From NCBI GenBank assembly GCA_963821525.1, contig CAWGED010000019.1, positions 768,001 to 832,000 of the forward strand: 64,000 bases of DNA. Reading direction: 5' to 3'. Source of the DNA: an uncultured Gemmatimonadales bacterium (GTDB lineage: Bacteria > Gemmatimonadota > Gemmatimonadetes > Gemmatimonadales > GWC2-71-9). Each line of letters starts with the position of its first letter. The stretch's first letter is position 1. Position numbers and translations under genes: made by a program. Shown in pieces: positions 11,177 to 23,540 of this stretch. The notes beneath the pieces were generated by a model. It ran no database searches and was not told the origin of the DNA. It saw only the letters and a list, made by a program, of their open reading frames with translations.

Positions 11177-11845
11177 TTAAAGCCTTACAGCTCGAGGATG
11201 GATGCCCAACTCGCGCGCCCAGCGGCGAAATCCCTTGCCGTGGTCAACCGGCTGGCCGTTCTCGGCCTGCCACTGATGGATCATCTCGTGCAGCAGGGTA
11301 TGCTCCGCCTCGCGCCAACCATCCCGCCGAACGTGACGCCGGCTCAGGCTGATCTCGACCGCGGCGCCGGTGCGCCGATCGAGCCGCACCTCGCCCAGCC
11401 GGCGCTTCATGCGACGAGAGATTCGAATCGGAATCGGGCTCAGGGCGCCGGCGAAATGCTCCTGGTTGAGCCTCGCATGCAGCTCGGTGAAGTAGGTGAC
11501 CAGCGGCTGGTCTCCCGCCGCGGTGGCTTCCCTGCCCCGGGCGCGGGCGACGGGCGGGGCATGATCCTCCACCGGGAACGCGAGGAATTCATGTCGCGCC
11601 GCGAGCCGCGCCTGCCGCCGCACCCGGCGCGAGAGGAAACGGATGATGGCAGAGAGCACGGAATCCGGCGCGTGAATATAGCCCTCGTGGATCCGAAGCT
11701 CCCGTCCCGGAAACCATGACACCATGACGGCGCGGTTCCGGTGAGTGACGACGCGGGGAACCGTCGGCAGACCCAGAGCCAGGAGCCTCGCGCGAAGCCC
11801 CTTCTCAGCGGGAGGTGTGCGGTCAAACTCGAGACTGAGCTGCAC
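11177..11845 (-). CDS. SprT-like zinc metalloprotease domain protein
   Basis: TLLHEMIHQWQ..DHGKGF. Confidence 0.8.
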   Translation of the reverse strand: MQLSLEFDRTPPAEKGLRARLLALGLPTVPRVVTHRNRAVMVSWFPGRELRIHEGYIHAPDSVLSAIIRFLSRRVRRQARLAARHEFLAFPVEDHAPPVARARGREATAAGDQPLVTYFTELHARLNQEHFAGALSPIPIRISRRMKRRLGEVRLDRRTGAAVEISLSRRHVRRDGWREAEHTLLHEMIHQWQAENGQPVDHGKGFRRWARELGIHPRAVRL

Positions 11846-12665
11846 GATTCCTCGCGAAGGCGGAAATGGTTCCCTGGCGGAACTGGGCCACGCCTGGCTC
11901 CCAGAGATGATGTTCGATCTGGATGCGGGAGCCATCGATGCGAATCAAGTTGAAGACCGAAGGCCTGCGGCCCCGGGTGCGATCGGTCGGAGTGCTGGCG
12001 GTGCTCGCGACGAGCGAACCATCGATTTGGGTCGCTGCTTCTTCGTGGTCATGGCCTGAAAGGGCCAGTTCCACTCCCAACGCGATCAGGCGCTTCTGGG
12101 CGGTGCGCCAGCGCGCGAGTCCCATCCGGCCAGAGATCTGCCCGCCCACGATATTGTGGTGCACCACGGCGACTCGAATCGCATCGGCCGGCGCCTCGTC
12201 GTAGAACTTCCGGACCCGATCCACTTCGCTCTCGGGCAGGTGGCCGATCGTGGTCATGTCGTTAGGGTTCCAGGTGAGCGAGCCAAAAGCGATTCCGTGG
12301 CTGCTCAGCAGAGCGGCAATCACCGCACCCGGAATTTTCAGTGCCGGAGTGAGGTCTTCTCCGAAATAGCGCCGGTACTTGGCGTACTTGGCACGCTGGC
12401 CAAAGATCCCGAACGGGCTTGCCCACCATTGCACGTCATGATTGCCCGGCATCACCAGCAGCGGAGCAATCGGTTGCAACTCCTGCAGAAACAGGTGAGC
12501 CGCCATGAATTCACCATGGCGGGCTCGCTGTGTCAGGTCTCCCGAAACGACGATGGCCGATGGAGCGAGCTCCGTGAGATACGCCGGCAGCCGCTCGAGC
12601 TGATTCAGATCCGCGTGCGCGCCAAAATGCAGGTCCGAGACGTGCGCGAGGACTGTTTCCGTCAC
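11823..12665 (-). CDS. Metallophosphoesterase (calcineurin-like)
   Basis: SDLHFG, SGDLT, PGNHD, GHDH motifs. Confidence 0.9.
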   Translation of the reverse strand: MTETVLAHVSDLHFGAHADLNQLERLPAYLTELAPSAIVVSGDLTQRARHGEFMAAHLFLQELQPIAPLLVMPGNHDVQWWASPFGIFGQRAKYAKYRRYFGEDLTPALKIPGAVIAALLSSHGIAFGSLTWNPNDMTTIGHLPESEVDRVRKFYDEAPADAIRVAVVHHNIVGGQISGRMGLARWRTAQKRLIALGVELALSGHDHEEAATQIDGSLVASTASTPTDRTRGRRPSVFNLIRIDGSRIQIEHHLWEPGVAQFRQGTISAFARNRAAQSRV

Positions 12666-14053
12666 CAGATCACCCGAACCCGGTAGGTCAGAGTGGCTTT
12701 CCCCGCGGCCGGCACCTGGACGCGGAAGCGGGTACGGGTGGAGGAGAGCTTCTCCGGCTTGACGCTGCTGGACACCACCGACCACTCGCCCCCGCGAACC
12801 TCGATGACATCCACCGAAGCAGGCTTGTCCGCCGCGTTGGTGACGGTCACCCGATAATCGGCGGTCGCGACGGTGCGCCAGGACCCGCCGGTGCTGTCCC
12901 GCTTCGTGGTGTAGTTGGTCTGCACCCGCTTGGCCTTGAGATCGAACGCCTCACCTGCGCCGAGCCGGAGATCCTCGCCCGCCGGGGTATGGTCCATCGC
13001 CGCTTCGCCCACGAGCTGCAGACGGCCACCACTGTCCGGTTCGAAGAGTCGCGCCACGCCACCCGGCAGCGGCCGGTCGCCGAAGTCGGTCTTACGAGGG
13101 CGCTGGAGCACGTAGGTGACCTGCACCGGAACATCCTCTTCGTCTCCGAACTGAGGGAGACCACCCCAATACGGGATGTTCCCTGTGACCTCGTAACCTT
13201 TGGTGTACGAGACGCCCGCCGGCTCGAACAGGGCGGTCGAACTGGTGACTCCCGGCAACAAAGTGACTTTGCCCGGCAGGGTGTAGAGATGGAACTCGCC
13301 GACTTTCTGTTCGGTCGCGTAGGCCATCTCCTCTCGTGCGGCCATGGGAGCGGCCATGGCCCGGCGCTTCGCGAACTGATCGGTCGCTGCGGCTTGTGCC
13401 ACGCTTCCCGCCAGCAGCTGTACTTCGGCGTCGCGGAGACTCAGCGTGCCTGCGCTAATGACCGCCATTCCGGTGACCCGCGAGGTTCCACTTCCAAGGA
13501 GAACCTGGTAGCTCGCCTGCCACGAGGCGCCGCCGGTGAAGTAGCCGAGGGGAAGCGCCTTGCGAGACTGGCTGCTCTTGAGGCCGAGGTTCACGACCGG
13601 ATCCACGACCACCAGTTCCTCGGGGAAGAGCGGGACTCCCGGCGGACTGAAGGCGACGGTCCCGTCCGCCATCCGGTAGCGCTCGGGATCAACCCCGAGC
13701 ACGGTCGCACTCACGGTATCCTTTCCGCTCCGGAACAGCAGCTTCCGGCCGATCGAGCGGCGCAGAACGCTCTGATAGTCCGTCCCACCGTCGTAATCGG
13801 CGGCGAGAATCGTGATCAGGGAGTCGGTGGAAAAGATGGAAGACGGATCCACCTGCCCCAGCGAGACCTTCTGGCTCGACTCTCCCTTGGGGATATCCGC
13901 CGTGACCGAGCGCCGGACCAGTACTCGGCCGTCGTTGTAGATGGTGATGCTCTGTGCGGTGAGCGGTGAGAAGTGAGCGGTGAGCGGGAGCATTACCAAT
14001 CCAGTTGCGACGGCGCGGAACAACGAGCCTGCGAGCATCCGAACCCTCATCAT
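12662..14053 (-). CDS. Secreted DUF4139-type protein
   Basis: Signal peptide, ITIYNDG, W.ASY, FHLYTLPG, PLPGG, C-terminal LTYRVRVIW. Confidence 0.75.
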   Translation of the reverse strand: MMRVRMLAGSLFRAVATGLVMLPLTAHFSPLTAQSITIYNDGRVLVRRSVTADIPKGESSQKVSLGQVDPSSIFSTDSLITILAADYDGGTDYQSVLRRSIGRKLLFRSGKDTVSATVLGVDPERYRMADGTVAFSPPGVPLFPEELVVVDPVVNLGLKSSQSRKALPLGYFTGGASWQASYQVLLGSGTSRVTGMAVISAGTLSLRDAEVQLLAGSVAQAAATDQFAKRRAMAAPMAAREEMAYATEQKVGEFHLYTLPGKVTLLPGVTSSTALFEPAGVSYTKGYEVTGNIPYWGGLPQFGDEEDVPVQVTYVLQRPRKTDFGDRPLPGGVARLFEPDSGGRLQLVGEAAMDHTPAGEDLRLGAGEAFDLKAKRVQTNYTTKRDSTGGSWRTVATADYRVTVTNAADKPASVDVIEVRGGEWSVVSSSVKPEKLSSTRTRFRVQVPAAGKATLTYRVRVIW

Positions 14054-14054
14054 T

Positions 14055-14350
14055 TCATTTCTCCTTGGCCTTGGGCCGTTCCGCAAACACTTCGAGCGCC
14101 ACCCGCTGCACGATCCGCCGAGTCACGATGTAGGTGACGAGAATGGCGATGATGGCGTAAATCCTGGCCAGCGGGAGCTCCGGCATGCGGAAGGCAACGT
14201 AGAGTCCGACCAGCAGAGTAGCGGCGAGGGAGATGCGGCTGGCGAGCCGGTTTGCACGACGCAGGTTGTCCGCGGTGCACGCAGGACAGAGATCACCCCA
14301 TTGAATGCCTGTGACCCGGTTGCCGCAGCGGGCGCAAGGGACCTCAGGCC
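14055..14350 (-). CDS. Small membrane protein with N-terminal CxxC..CxxC zinc ribbon
   Basis: CARCG..CPAC followed by two hydrophobic helices; fits in the operon; start uncertain. Confidence 0.65.
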
Positions 14351-15360
14351 ACCCGCTTGGCGACAGCATCGCCGAACTCCTGGGTGGACGCGGTGCCGCC
14401 CAGGTCCCGGGTGCGGACCTTGTCTTCGACGATGACCTTCTCGATGGCTTCGCGGACGCGGGAAGCGGCTTTGATCTCTCCCAGGTGATCCAGCATCATC
14501 GCCGAGGCGAGCATCTGCGCGGCCGGGTTGGCGATCCCCTTCCCGGCGATATCGGGCGCGCTGCCGTGGACCGCTTCGAAAATCGAAGCATGGGTCCCGA
14601 TGTTGGCTCCCGGCGCCAGACCGAGTCCGCCCACCAGTCCCGACACCTCGTCGCTCAGGATGTCGCCGAACATGTTGGTGGTGACCATCACGTCGAACTG
14701 TTCCGGCTTGAGGACCAGCTGCATGGCGCAGTTGTCCACGATCATGTCGTTGGACTGGACCCGCCCTTCGTATTCCTTCTGAATCCGCTTGCCCACCTCG
14801 AGGAACAGGCCGCTCACCATCTTGAGGATGTTGGCCTTGTGAACGATGGTGACCTTCTTGCGGCTGTGGCGAAGCGCGTACTCGAAGGCGTAGCGGATGA
14901 TCCGCTCGCAACCGGCACGGGTCACGATCGCGGTCGACTCGGCTACCGCCCGCGCGTCTCCACCGATCGCGATGAAATGCTCTACTCCGACGTACAGGCC
15001 CTCGAGGTTTTCCCGAACCAGCACGATATCCACGTTACTGAAGCGCCCGCCGGGGACGAATGAACGCGCGGGGCGGATATTGGCGAACAGCTCGAATTCC
15101 TTCCGCAGGGCGACGTTCACCGACCGGAAGCCGGTGCCCACCGGGGTGGTGAGCGGCCCCTTCAATGCCAGCTTGCGATGCCGGATGCTTTCGATCGTGG
15201 CATCAGGCAGTGGCGTTCCGGTGGCATCCACCGCGGTCACGCCCGCCAGTTGTTCGTCCCACTCGAACGAGATCCCGGTGGCTTTGAGCACCTTCACCGT
15301 CTCCGAGGTGATCTCGGGGCCGATGCCGTCGCCGGGAATCAACGTCGCGTAATAGGTCAC
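14344..15360 (-). CDS. Isocitrate/isopropylmalate dehydrogenase family (NAD-IDH-like)
   Basis: [38 protein letters not shown]. Confidence 0.93.
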   Translation of the reverse strand: MTYYATLIPGDGIGPEITSETVKVLKATGISFEWDEQLAGVTAVDATGTPLPDATIESIRHRKLALKGPLTTPVGTGFRSVNVALRKEFELFANIRPARSFVPGGRFSNVDIVLVRENLEGLYVGVEHFIAIGGDARAVAESTAIVTRAGCERIIRYAFEYALRHSRKKVTIVHKANILKMVSGLFLEVGKRIQKEYEGRVQSNDMIVDNCAMQLVLKPEQFDVMVTTNMFGDILSDEVSGLVGGLGLAPGANIGTHASIFEAVHGSAPDIAGKGIANPAAQMLASAMMLDHLGEIKAASRVREAIEKVIVEDKVRTRDLGGTASTQEFGDAVAKRVA

Positions 15361-16007
15361 TGCGACAACTCCAAGGGGAACGCTGCCTCCATGGCATTGA
15401 CCAGCGCCTGCGCCGGGGTCGCTCCGCTGGCATAGGTGACCGTGCGCCAAAGCACACTGCCGAGCCGCACATCGGCCAGCACCAGCGAGGCATCGACCCG
15501 GTGTCCTATGGAATCGGTGGTGAAACTGATCGCGGCGGGGATGAAGGCGTAGCGGCCCCCACCCCCAGCTACCGCGACGAGGCTGCGGAGAGAGCTACGC
15601 AATGGGTCGGGCACATCGTGCAGGTCCGGAGCGCGCATGATCCCCTGCCCCATGTGGTCCGGGTCGGGCGCCACACCAACCGCCCGGTGGGCAATGCGCC
15701 GGAGTTCCGGGGGGAAGATCCACTTGGGCTCCGGGGCCAGAGACAGAAGCTGCTGGGTGATGATCGAATCAGCCCAGTCGAGGGCGCGAAGGTGGTCATT
15801 GAATGGCGGCTGACTCATCAGCTCATCGTCGCCCACCAGAATCGTGAGCGGGATGACCGCCACTGTCTGGCCGGCGAGGGGCGCCGTAGCGAGTGGGATG
15901 ATCGGCTCCGGCTTCTTTTCCTTGGGAGTCGCCTCTTCCGCCTCGTTTCTACCGCCACAGGCCAGGCCGACGGCAAGCAGCAATAGGACCAAGCGACCGC
16001 TTCGCAT
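15357..16007 (-). CDS. Hypothetical lipoprotein
   Basis: LLLLAVGLAC lipobox; translationally coupled to the dehydrogenase. Confidence 0.7.
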   Translation of the reverse strand: MRSGRLVLLLLAVGLACGGRNEAEEATPKEKKPEPIIPLATAPLAGQTVAVIPLTILVGDDELMSQPPFNDHLRALDWADSIITQQLLSLAPEPKWIFPPELRRIAHRAVGVAPDPDHMGQGIMRAPDLHDVPDPLRSSLRSLVAVAGGGGRYAFIPAAISFTTDSIGHRVDASLVLADVRLGSVLWRTVTYASGATPAQALVNAMEAAFPLELSQ

Positions 16008-16077
16008 GGAATGCATTTCGATGGAGGGGTTTGGCACGGGACAAAGCTAAATGGGGGACGCGGGGAGAGTGAAGAGG

Positions 16078-16182
16078 TATCAGGGATCAGGTGAAGGGTC
16101 AGGGACGGGGATCGAGAATCGATTGCGGTAAGCGAAGGCAATTGGTGGCGAGCGGACCCCTGACACCTGACGCCTGATCCCT
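16078..16182. repeat. Inverted degenerate 7-mer arrays (TCAGGnn / nnCCTGA)
   Basis: tcagggatcaggtgaagggtcaggg ... cccctgacacctgacgcctgatccct. Confidence 0.6.
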
Positions 16183-16187
16183 TTGCT

Positions 16188-17054
16188 CTACTCCAACGAC
16201 AGCCCCCCGTCCACCACCACCGTCTGCCCCGTGATATGCCTGGCCTCTTCGGAACAGAGAAAGGTGATGACGTGGGCCACGTCCTCCGGTTCCGCGACCC
16301 GGCCCAGGACGGAGCTCTTCTGGGCTCGCTCGATGACCTCTTTGGGCAGCATGCGCATCCGCTCGGTACGGATGAAGCCCGGCGCGATGGCGTTGACGTT
16401 CACGTTGGCGGGGCCCAGCTCGACGGCGGCTGCGCGGGTCAGGCCGAGCAGAGCGGCCTTGCTGGCCGCGTAGTTGCTCACCCCGAATCCGGGCCGTTCC
16501 GCCTGGTGGGCGCTCACGCTCACGATCTTCCCGTAGTGCTGGCCCCGGAAAATCGGCGCCACCGACCGGATGCAGTTGAAGGCGCCGGTAACGTTCGTAT
16601 CGAGCACTTGCCTCCAGGCGTCCTCGCTCAGCCGCCAGAGCGCCCCGTCCATCGCGATGCCCGCATTGTTGACCAGGAAGTGCACCGTACCGAAGCGGCC
16701 CTTCACGTCGCTGATGAAACGGTCAACAGCGGAACGGTCGCGGACATCGCACCGCGCTGCATAAACACTCCCGCCCATCGTGGTGCACGCCGTTTCGGTG
16801 AGCTGCGCCTGTTCGGTCACGTCACGGCCAGGGAGATCGACGAAACAGAAACCCACGTGGCAACCAAGCCGCGCAAACTCCATCGCGATGCAACGTCCCA
16901 GCCCGGTGGCTCCGCCCGTCACCACGGCGACCTTGCCGCGGAAACCGGCAGTGATCGGCTGGAGCTGAGGCTGCTCCAGGAGTGTAGGCGAGGTTTCACC
17001 ACCCTCGGCTTCCCACATGGGACCCCGACCGAAGCTTTCGAAGGAAGCGGGCAT
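16188..17054 (-). CDS. SDR oxidoreductase (FabG-like)
   Basis: TGGATGLG, NNAG, YAASK. Confidence 0.92.
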   Translation of the reverse strand: MPASFESFGRGPMWEAEGGETSPTLLEQPQLQPITAGFRGKVAVVTGGATGLGRCIAMEFARLGCHVGFCFVDLPGRDVTEQAQLTETACTTMGGSVYAARCDVRDRSAVDRFISDVKGRFGTVHFLVNNAGIAMDGALWRLSEDAWRQVLDTNVTGAFNCIRSVAPIFRGQHYGKIVSVSAHQAERPGFGVSNYAASKAALLGLTRAAAVELGPANVNVNAIAPGFIRTERMRMLPKEVIERAQKSSVLGRVAEPEDVAHVITFLCSEEARHITGQTVVVDGGLSLE

Positions 17055-17133
17055 AGGCGGGGCAAGGTACGGGTGGGAATGGGGGAGGGCAAGGATTTTG
17101 GGTGGGACATGTAGGGTCATGAGTTTGGAGCTG

Positions 17134-17225
17134 AGGGAGTAGGGAGTAGGGTATAGGGAGTAGGGTGTAAACGATGAGCGCGACTGGACAATGCCCAACT
17201 CCCTACACCCTACTCACTACTCCCT
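17134..17225. repeat. Inverted 7-mer arrays (AGGGAGT x5 / ACTCCCT x4)
   Basis: Left array 17134-17168, reverse-complement array 17198-17225. Confidence 0.85.
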
Positions 17226-17271
17226 CTCCCCAGTACCTGACACCCGATCCCGTCTCCTCTACATTGGCTAC

Positions 17272-19294
<2,023 letters not shown>

Positions 19295-19305
<11 letters not shown>

Positions 19306-19483
19306 GACGGCGTTGAACCGCTTTGCGCGGGCTATTCGACGGATCCTGGGCATGCCGGACTACGAGGAGTACTTGAGGCACCTCAAGCGCTGCGACGCGT
19401 CCGACCCGGTTCCATCGGAGCGCGAATTCTTCGAGTCGTACCTGCGGGCCCGTTACGGCCGCACTCCTTCCCGCTGCTGCTGA
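19295..19483 (+). CDS. YbdD/YjiX (DUF466) family small protein
   Basis: GMPDYEEYLRH..SEREFF..RY..RCC; typical cstA partner. Confidence 0.9.
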
Positions 19484-19505
19484 ACCCTCCAGCTTCGAGC
19501 CTGCC

Positions 19506-20056
19506 ATGAAACGGGTGCTGAACTATTTCTTGAACGGTCTCATTCTTTCCGCGCCGGTCGCGCTCACGCTCTATGTCTGCTGGCGCCTGTTCCGGGCGAT
19601 TGACGGGTGGCTCAATCTCCCGATTCCCGGAGCCGGCTTCCTGCTGACCATTGCTCTCATCACGCTGATCGGGTTCATCGCCTCGAATTTCCTCGCCCAA
19701 CGGGCCCTCGCGCTGATCGAGCATCTGCTCAACCGGGTTCCCGGAGTTCGGCTGCTCTACACCGGCATCAAGGATGTGCTCGGCGCTTTCGTGGGTGAGA
19801 AGAAGCGCTTCAATCAGCCAGTCCTGGTCACCCTGGATCGGGAGGCGGGGAATCAAGGCGCATCGGCTTTCTCACCCAGGAGTCCCTGGATGAGCTGGGC
19901 ATTCGGGAGCATGTGAGTGTGTATCTGCCTCAGTCGTACAATTTCGCCGGACAGACGCTGGTGTTGCCGAGCGACCGGGTCACCCGGATCGAGGCGCCGA
20001 GCTCGCGGGTGATGGCGTTTATCGTGTCGGGTGGAGTGGCGGAGGTTGGGGAGTAA
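19506..20056 (+). CDS. DUF502 family membrane protein (frameshift near 19855)
   Basis: YFLNGL..P..LT, RVPGVRLLY, GFLTQE..VYLPQSYNFAG..MAFIVSGGV. Confidence 0.85.
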
Positions 20057-20099
20057 GCGGAATGTGCGAGTGCGGACTTGGTGGATGCAAGGGGCGCGG

Positions 20100-20345
20100 T
20101 CAGCCCAACGTCTGAGCGGACGCAGTTCCAGCGGCGGTATATCGCTCCGTAGTCAACTGAGCGAGCGCGATTGAGAGCCGGTTCTCCAACACTGTGGTAC
20201 TCTCCCGGACTAGCTCCCGGGTATCGGAGTACATGCCAGGGGAGTGGTTCGTGCTCTCAAGGATGTACGAAAGCCCGTTAACAATTTGCAGGGCGTTGCG
20301 GATTTGCTCCTCCGGCCCTTCGCCCGGGACTCGCGACATTGTCAC
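20100..20345 (-). CDS. Hypothetical small protein
   Basis: ORF with purine-rich RBS and helical composition. Confidence 0.45.
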   Translation of the reverse strand: MTMSRVPGEGPEEQIRNALQIVNGLSYILESTNHSPGMYSDTRELVRESTTVLENRLSIALAQLTTERYTAAGTASAQTLG

Positions 20346-20454
20346 TCTCTTCCTCCGTACGTGAACCAGGCCGTTCGGCCAACTGGTTGGCCGGGCGGCT
20401 TCACAGCCGCCCGTCCCATATTCCTCGCCGCGAAGACCGTGGCGAGGATCGCCT

Positions 20455-21108
20455 CTAGTTCATCGCCAGCGGCATGTCACCGCTCACGATCACGAACTCC
20501 GCACGGCGATTCTGCGCCCACGCCGCCTCATCGCTGCCGGAATCGACCGGGTCCTTCTCACCGTTGGACACCTGGTCCAGCCGGGCAACGTCGATCCCCT
20601 TCCCGGTGAGATACTGCTCGACCGCGGCGGCCCGGCGTTCACCCAGCGCCTCGTTGTACTGATCCGATCCGCGTTCGTCACAGGCACCGGTGATCCGAAG
20701 TCGCACCGCGGGGTTGGCGTTGAGAATCGCCACCTTGCGGTCGAGGATGGCTTGGCCGTCCGTCTGGATCTGGGCCTGGGCGACATCAAAGTAGACCATC
20801 ACGCCCAGCTCCTGGCGGAGCTCGGCGTCCTTCTCGGCCGCTCCGCGGGCCGCGGCCTCGGTCGCCAAACGCACTTGTTCGACCGAGTCTGCGCGAGCCT
20901 TCTCGGCGAGGGCCTGCTGCTGCCGGGCCTGCTCGACTGAGTCGGCGGTGGCACGAGCCACGGCGTCGAGCGAATCCTGCATATGTCGCTGGAGTGCGAT
21001 TTCGGCTTCGGTCGGCTGAGGAGCCGGCGTCTCAGGCGGGGGAGAGCTGTGGCACGCTGCCGCCAGAACGACGGCCGCGATGGGGATTAGGAATGCGATC
21101 CTGCGCAT
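20455..21108 (-). CDS. Pal/OmpA-family peptidoglycan-associated lipoprotein
   Basis: LAAAC lipobox; GACDERGSDQYNEALGERRA, AQNRRAEF. Confidence 0.9.
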   Translation of the reverse strand: MRRIAFLIPIAAVVLAAACHSSPPPETPAPQPTEAEIALQRHMQDSLDAVARATADSVEQARQQQALAEKARADSVEQVRLATEAAARGAAEKDAELRQELGVMVYFDVAQAQIQTDGQAILDRKVAILNANPAVRLRITGACDERGSDQYNEALGERRAAAVEQYLTGKGIDVARLDQVSNGEKDPVDSGSDEAAWAQNRRAEFVIVSGDMPLAMN

Positions 21109-21217
21109 GATGACTCCTGTGCCTCGTAGGGGGCCAGCTGCCCAGCCCCTGTCACCGCGTGGTCCCATTTCCGCGGGGGAGGCCCGGAACGACCGATTCG
21201 TCCGGTGTTGAGCGATG

Positions 21218-21371
21218 TCAAGTAACCGTGCGGCGCCCTGAAATGAAGTGCCACAATGATCGACACAACCGCGACGAGCAGAAGGAGGTGAATCATTCCT
21301 CCGGCCACGTGGAAAACGCTGAAGCCGAGGAACCACGCCACAACCAGAATGACCGCTAAGACACCAAACAT
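21218..21371 (-). CDS. lmo0937-family small membrane protein (frameshift near 3' end)
   Basis: MFGVLAVILVVAWFLGFSVFHVAGGMIHLLLLVAVV; alternative frame ends WHFISGRRTVT*. Confidence 0.8.
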
Positions 21372-21547
21372 GATGTGCTCCTTCAGGTGAGTGGCGATCT
21401 GGACGGCCCCGGGACCGTCCGGTCGCGCATCTATGTACTGCACCGGCCGCAAGCGACCAGAGGGACTTCACCCTGATCATGAACTCTATCCCGTAGGCCC
21501 GGCGAGTTGCATCGCTCGTTGGACTGGATTGGGCTAGCTCGTAAGGA

Positions 21548-21934
21548 CTACCTCGACAACTCCGGGTCACGATCGCGTATGTCCAGGATCTCGCCAATCC
21601 ACGTGGGAGCAGACAGGTCTGCCCCGCCGACCTGGACCCAAGCGCCCTCGAGCTCTTCTACTGCCTGAGAGAGGCGGCGTTCGAGGCTGTCGGCCAGGAT
21701 GCGGAGGTCCTGAGAGAACCAGGGCTGGAGAAGATTGCCCGGGAGGCTTGCGACCTTGTCGGCGAGCAGTCGGAGGCCGAGCAGCATCTGCAGCGCGTTG
21801 CGACAATGATCCGCGGCCGAGGAGATCCGCTCCCGCAGCGCCACTTCTCCGGTCTGGTCGTCTGCGGGCTTCGCGGAATCGCGAGTCTCAGCGGTAGTCT
21901 GATCATGCACGACTTGACGCGCGCTTCTGGGCAC
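21548..21934 (-). CDS. Hypothetical protein
   Basis: ORF in the same-strand cluster; helical. Confidence 0.45.
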   Translation of the reverse strand: MPRSARQVVHDQTTAETRDSAKPADDQTGEVALRERISSAADHCRNALQMLLGLRLLADKVASLPGNLLQPWFSQDLRILADSLERRLSQAVEELEGAWVQVGGADLSAPTWIGEILDIRDRDPELSR

Positions 21935-22130
21935 CGGCGATGATCAGCACCACGCCTACCAGCATGGCCAGACCGCCGGCCCAGGGAGGGATCGATTGCT
22001 GCTCGTCCGCGGTGATCTTGACGTCTCCAACCTTGAGCACCTCGCGCCGGGTGGCGATGCTTCCCCCGCGAAGCAGCAGGAGGGCGCCGAGACCGAGGAT
22101 CAGGATACCGGCCAGGATGAGCTGACGCAT
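21903..22130 (-). CDS. Small two-TM membrane protein
   Basis: TM - loop REVLKVGDVKITA..IPPWAGG - TM. Confidence 0.75.
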   Translation of the reverse strand: MRQLILAGILILGLGALLLLRGGSIATRREVLKVGDVKITADEQQSIPPWAGGLAMLVGVVLIIAGAQKRASSRA

Positions 22131-22172
22131 GGATATTCCCTTGTATGCGTGATCAACGCGGACACCCGAGTC

Positions 22173-22403
22173 TCACCGCAACTGCTCGACCGACCATCCC
22201 GGCACACCACCATCGATGATCCGGCGGCCCAGGCTGGAGCATCGCGCGCTCGCCTCGTCCTCGGTCCGGTAGCGTTCAGCGAGGCTGAACGGCCGTCTCC
22301 GCCCGTGGCGGTGTATCTCGAGTTCCACAGTCCAGCGTTTGGACTCGTAGAGTTGATAGGGCCGGACCAGGATATTGAAGCCCTTGTACCTGAGCGTTGT
22401 CAT
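22173..22403 (-). CDS. Hypothetical small protein
   Basis: YKGFNILVRPYQL..W..GRRIIDG; RBS present. Confidence 0.65.
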   Translation of the reverse strand: MTTLRYKGFNILVRPYQLYESKRWTVELEIHRHGRRRPFSLAERYRTEDEASARCSSLGRRIIDGGVPGWSVEQLR

Positions 22404-22428
22404 ACTGCTTCACCCTTCGCGCCCCGGT

Positions 22429-23079
22429 TCACACCGACGAGACGGTCAAGGGCCCGGTTAGAGTAATGGTTACCGGTGTCCCGGCGGCGACCACCACGTC
22501 GCGGCTCGCGGTCTGGATCGCGACCACGGTGCCCCCCGCCGCCCCTACGACACCGCCGATGATGGCGCCCTTCGTGTTACCGCCGATCACCCGGCCCGCG
22601 ACCGCCCCGATGGCGGTCCCGACCGCGACCTTCTCGATTTCACCAGCTGTGACACCACGACCCTTGAGGGTATGGGATAGAGAAGTGACCTCGGCTGCGA
22701 TCGGATAGTCCTGACCTCGGACCGTCACTCCTGTCACCTGAATGGTGAGGGTGCCATCCGCCTGGCCCTTATTCCGGGCCGGTGTGATTTCGGTGATCGT
22801 CAGCTCCACCGTAGAGCCCGCGGGGATCACTACCCGCCCCGCCGCGTCCAGGATGTCGGCGTCTATCGTCGTCGTCACGGTTTCGCCGGCCTTGGTGCTT
22901 CGCGAGGTGATCGTCCGGCCCATCGTCGCATCGATTGTGGCTCCGGTGGCGAGGGTGCGGGTCCTGGCCGCGGGCGCCGGTGTGCTTTGGGTGCTGTCGG
23001 TGAGGGAGACCTCCGGATTGGCTTTGCCACAGGCCAAGAGTCCTACTACGGCGAGTCCTACGATCATCGATCGGGTCAT
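22429..23079 (-). CDS. Lipoprotein with glycine-zipper motif
   Basis: LLAC lipobox; GTAIGAVAGRVIGG..GAIIGGVVGAAGG. Confidence 0.85.
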   Translation of the reverse strand: MTRSMIVGLAVVGLLACGKANPEVSLTDSTQSTPAPAARTRTLATGATIDATMGRTITSRSTKAGETVTTTIDADILDAAGRVVIPAGSTVELTITEITPARNKGQADGTLTIQVTGVTVRGQDYPIAAEVTSLSHTLKGRGVTAGEIEKVAVGTAIGAVAGRVIGGNTKGAIIGGVVGAAGGTVVAIQTASRDVVVAAGTPVTITLTGPLTVSSV

Positions 23080-23125
23080 CCTATACCCCGTTTCTCAAGT
23101 GACGGCGTCTTTGCGCCGGTACGGC

Positions 23126-23460
23126 TCATCGCAAGTACAGGTACAGTCCAAGACCCCCGACTCCAGCGGACAGGATCGTCACTACCGGCTCGTCGATAAT
23201 CAGGCCGGTGACCATACCCGCCGCCCCAACGATCAGGAGCGCGAGACCTTCATGCTTGGTGCCGTGCTGATACGGATCCTTGACCAGAAGCAGCTGGTTG
23301 CTCGTGGGCCAGGCTGGCCGGGAGCCGCAACGTCGCCGAAGCGGTGAGCTGAACGGTGGACCCGCGCAGGCTGATCGGGGCCACCGCCTGCGCGCCCGCC
23401 GGCCGCACTGGAACCAGTAAGGGTGGCCATCAGCAGAACACTCAAGGGGAAGAACCGCAT
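23126..23460 (-). CDS. Hypothetical membrane protein (frameshifted)
   Basis: Signal-like MRFFPLSVLL joined to a C-terminal two-TM segment in another frame. Confidence 0.5.
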
Positions 23461-23540
23461 TGGTACCTCTTAGGTAAACGTGAACCGTCATCCCTAACGC
23501 CCGCTTACCGGCCCGCGATGTCCTCACGGGTCACCGGTCC

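Noticed and set aside
19475..19483. TGC TGC TGA at the end of the YbdD/YjiX gene as possible Sec
   Set aside because: The family ends in RCC or RCU; both Cys are already encoded here, so the TGA is the normal stop
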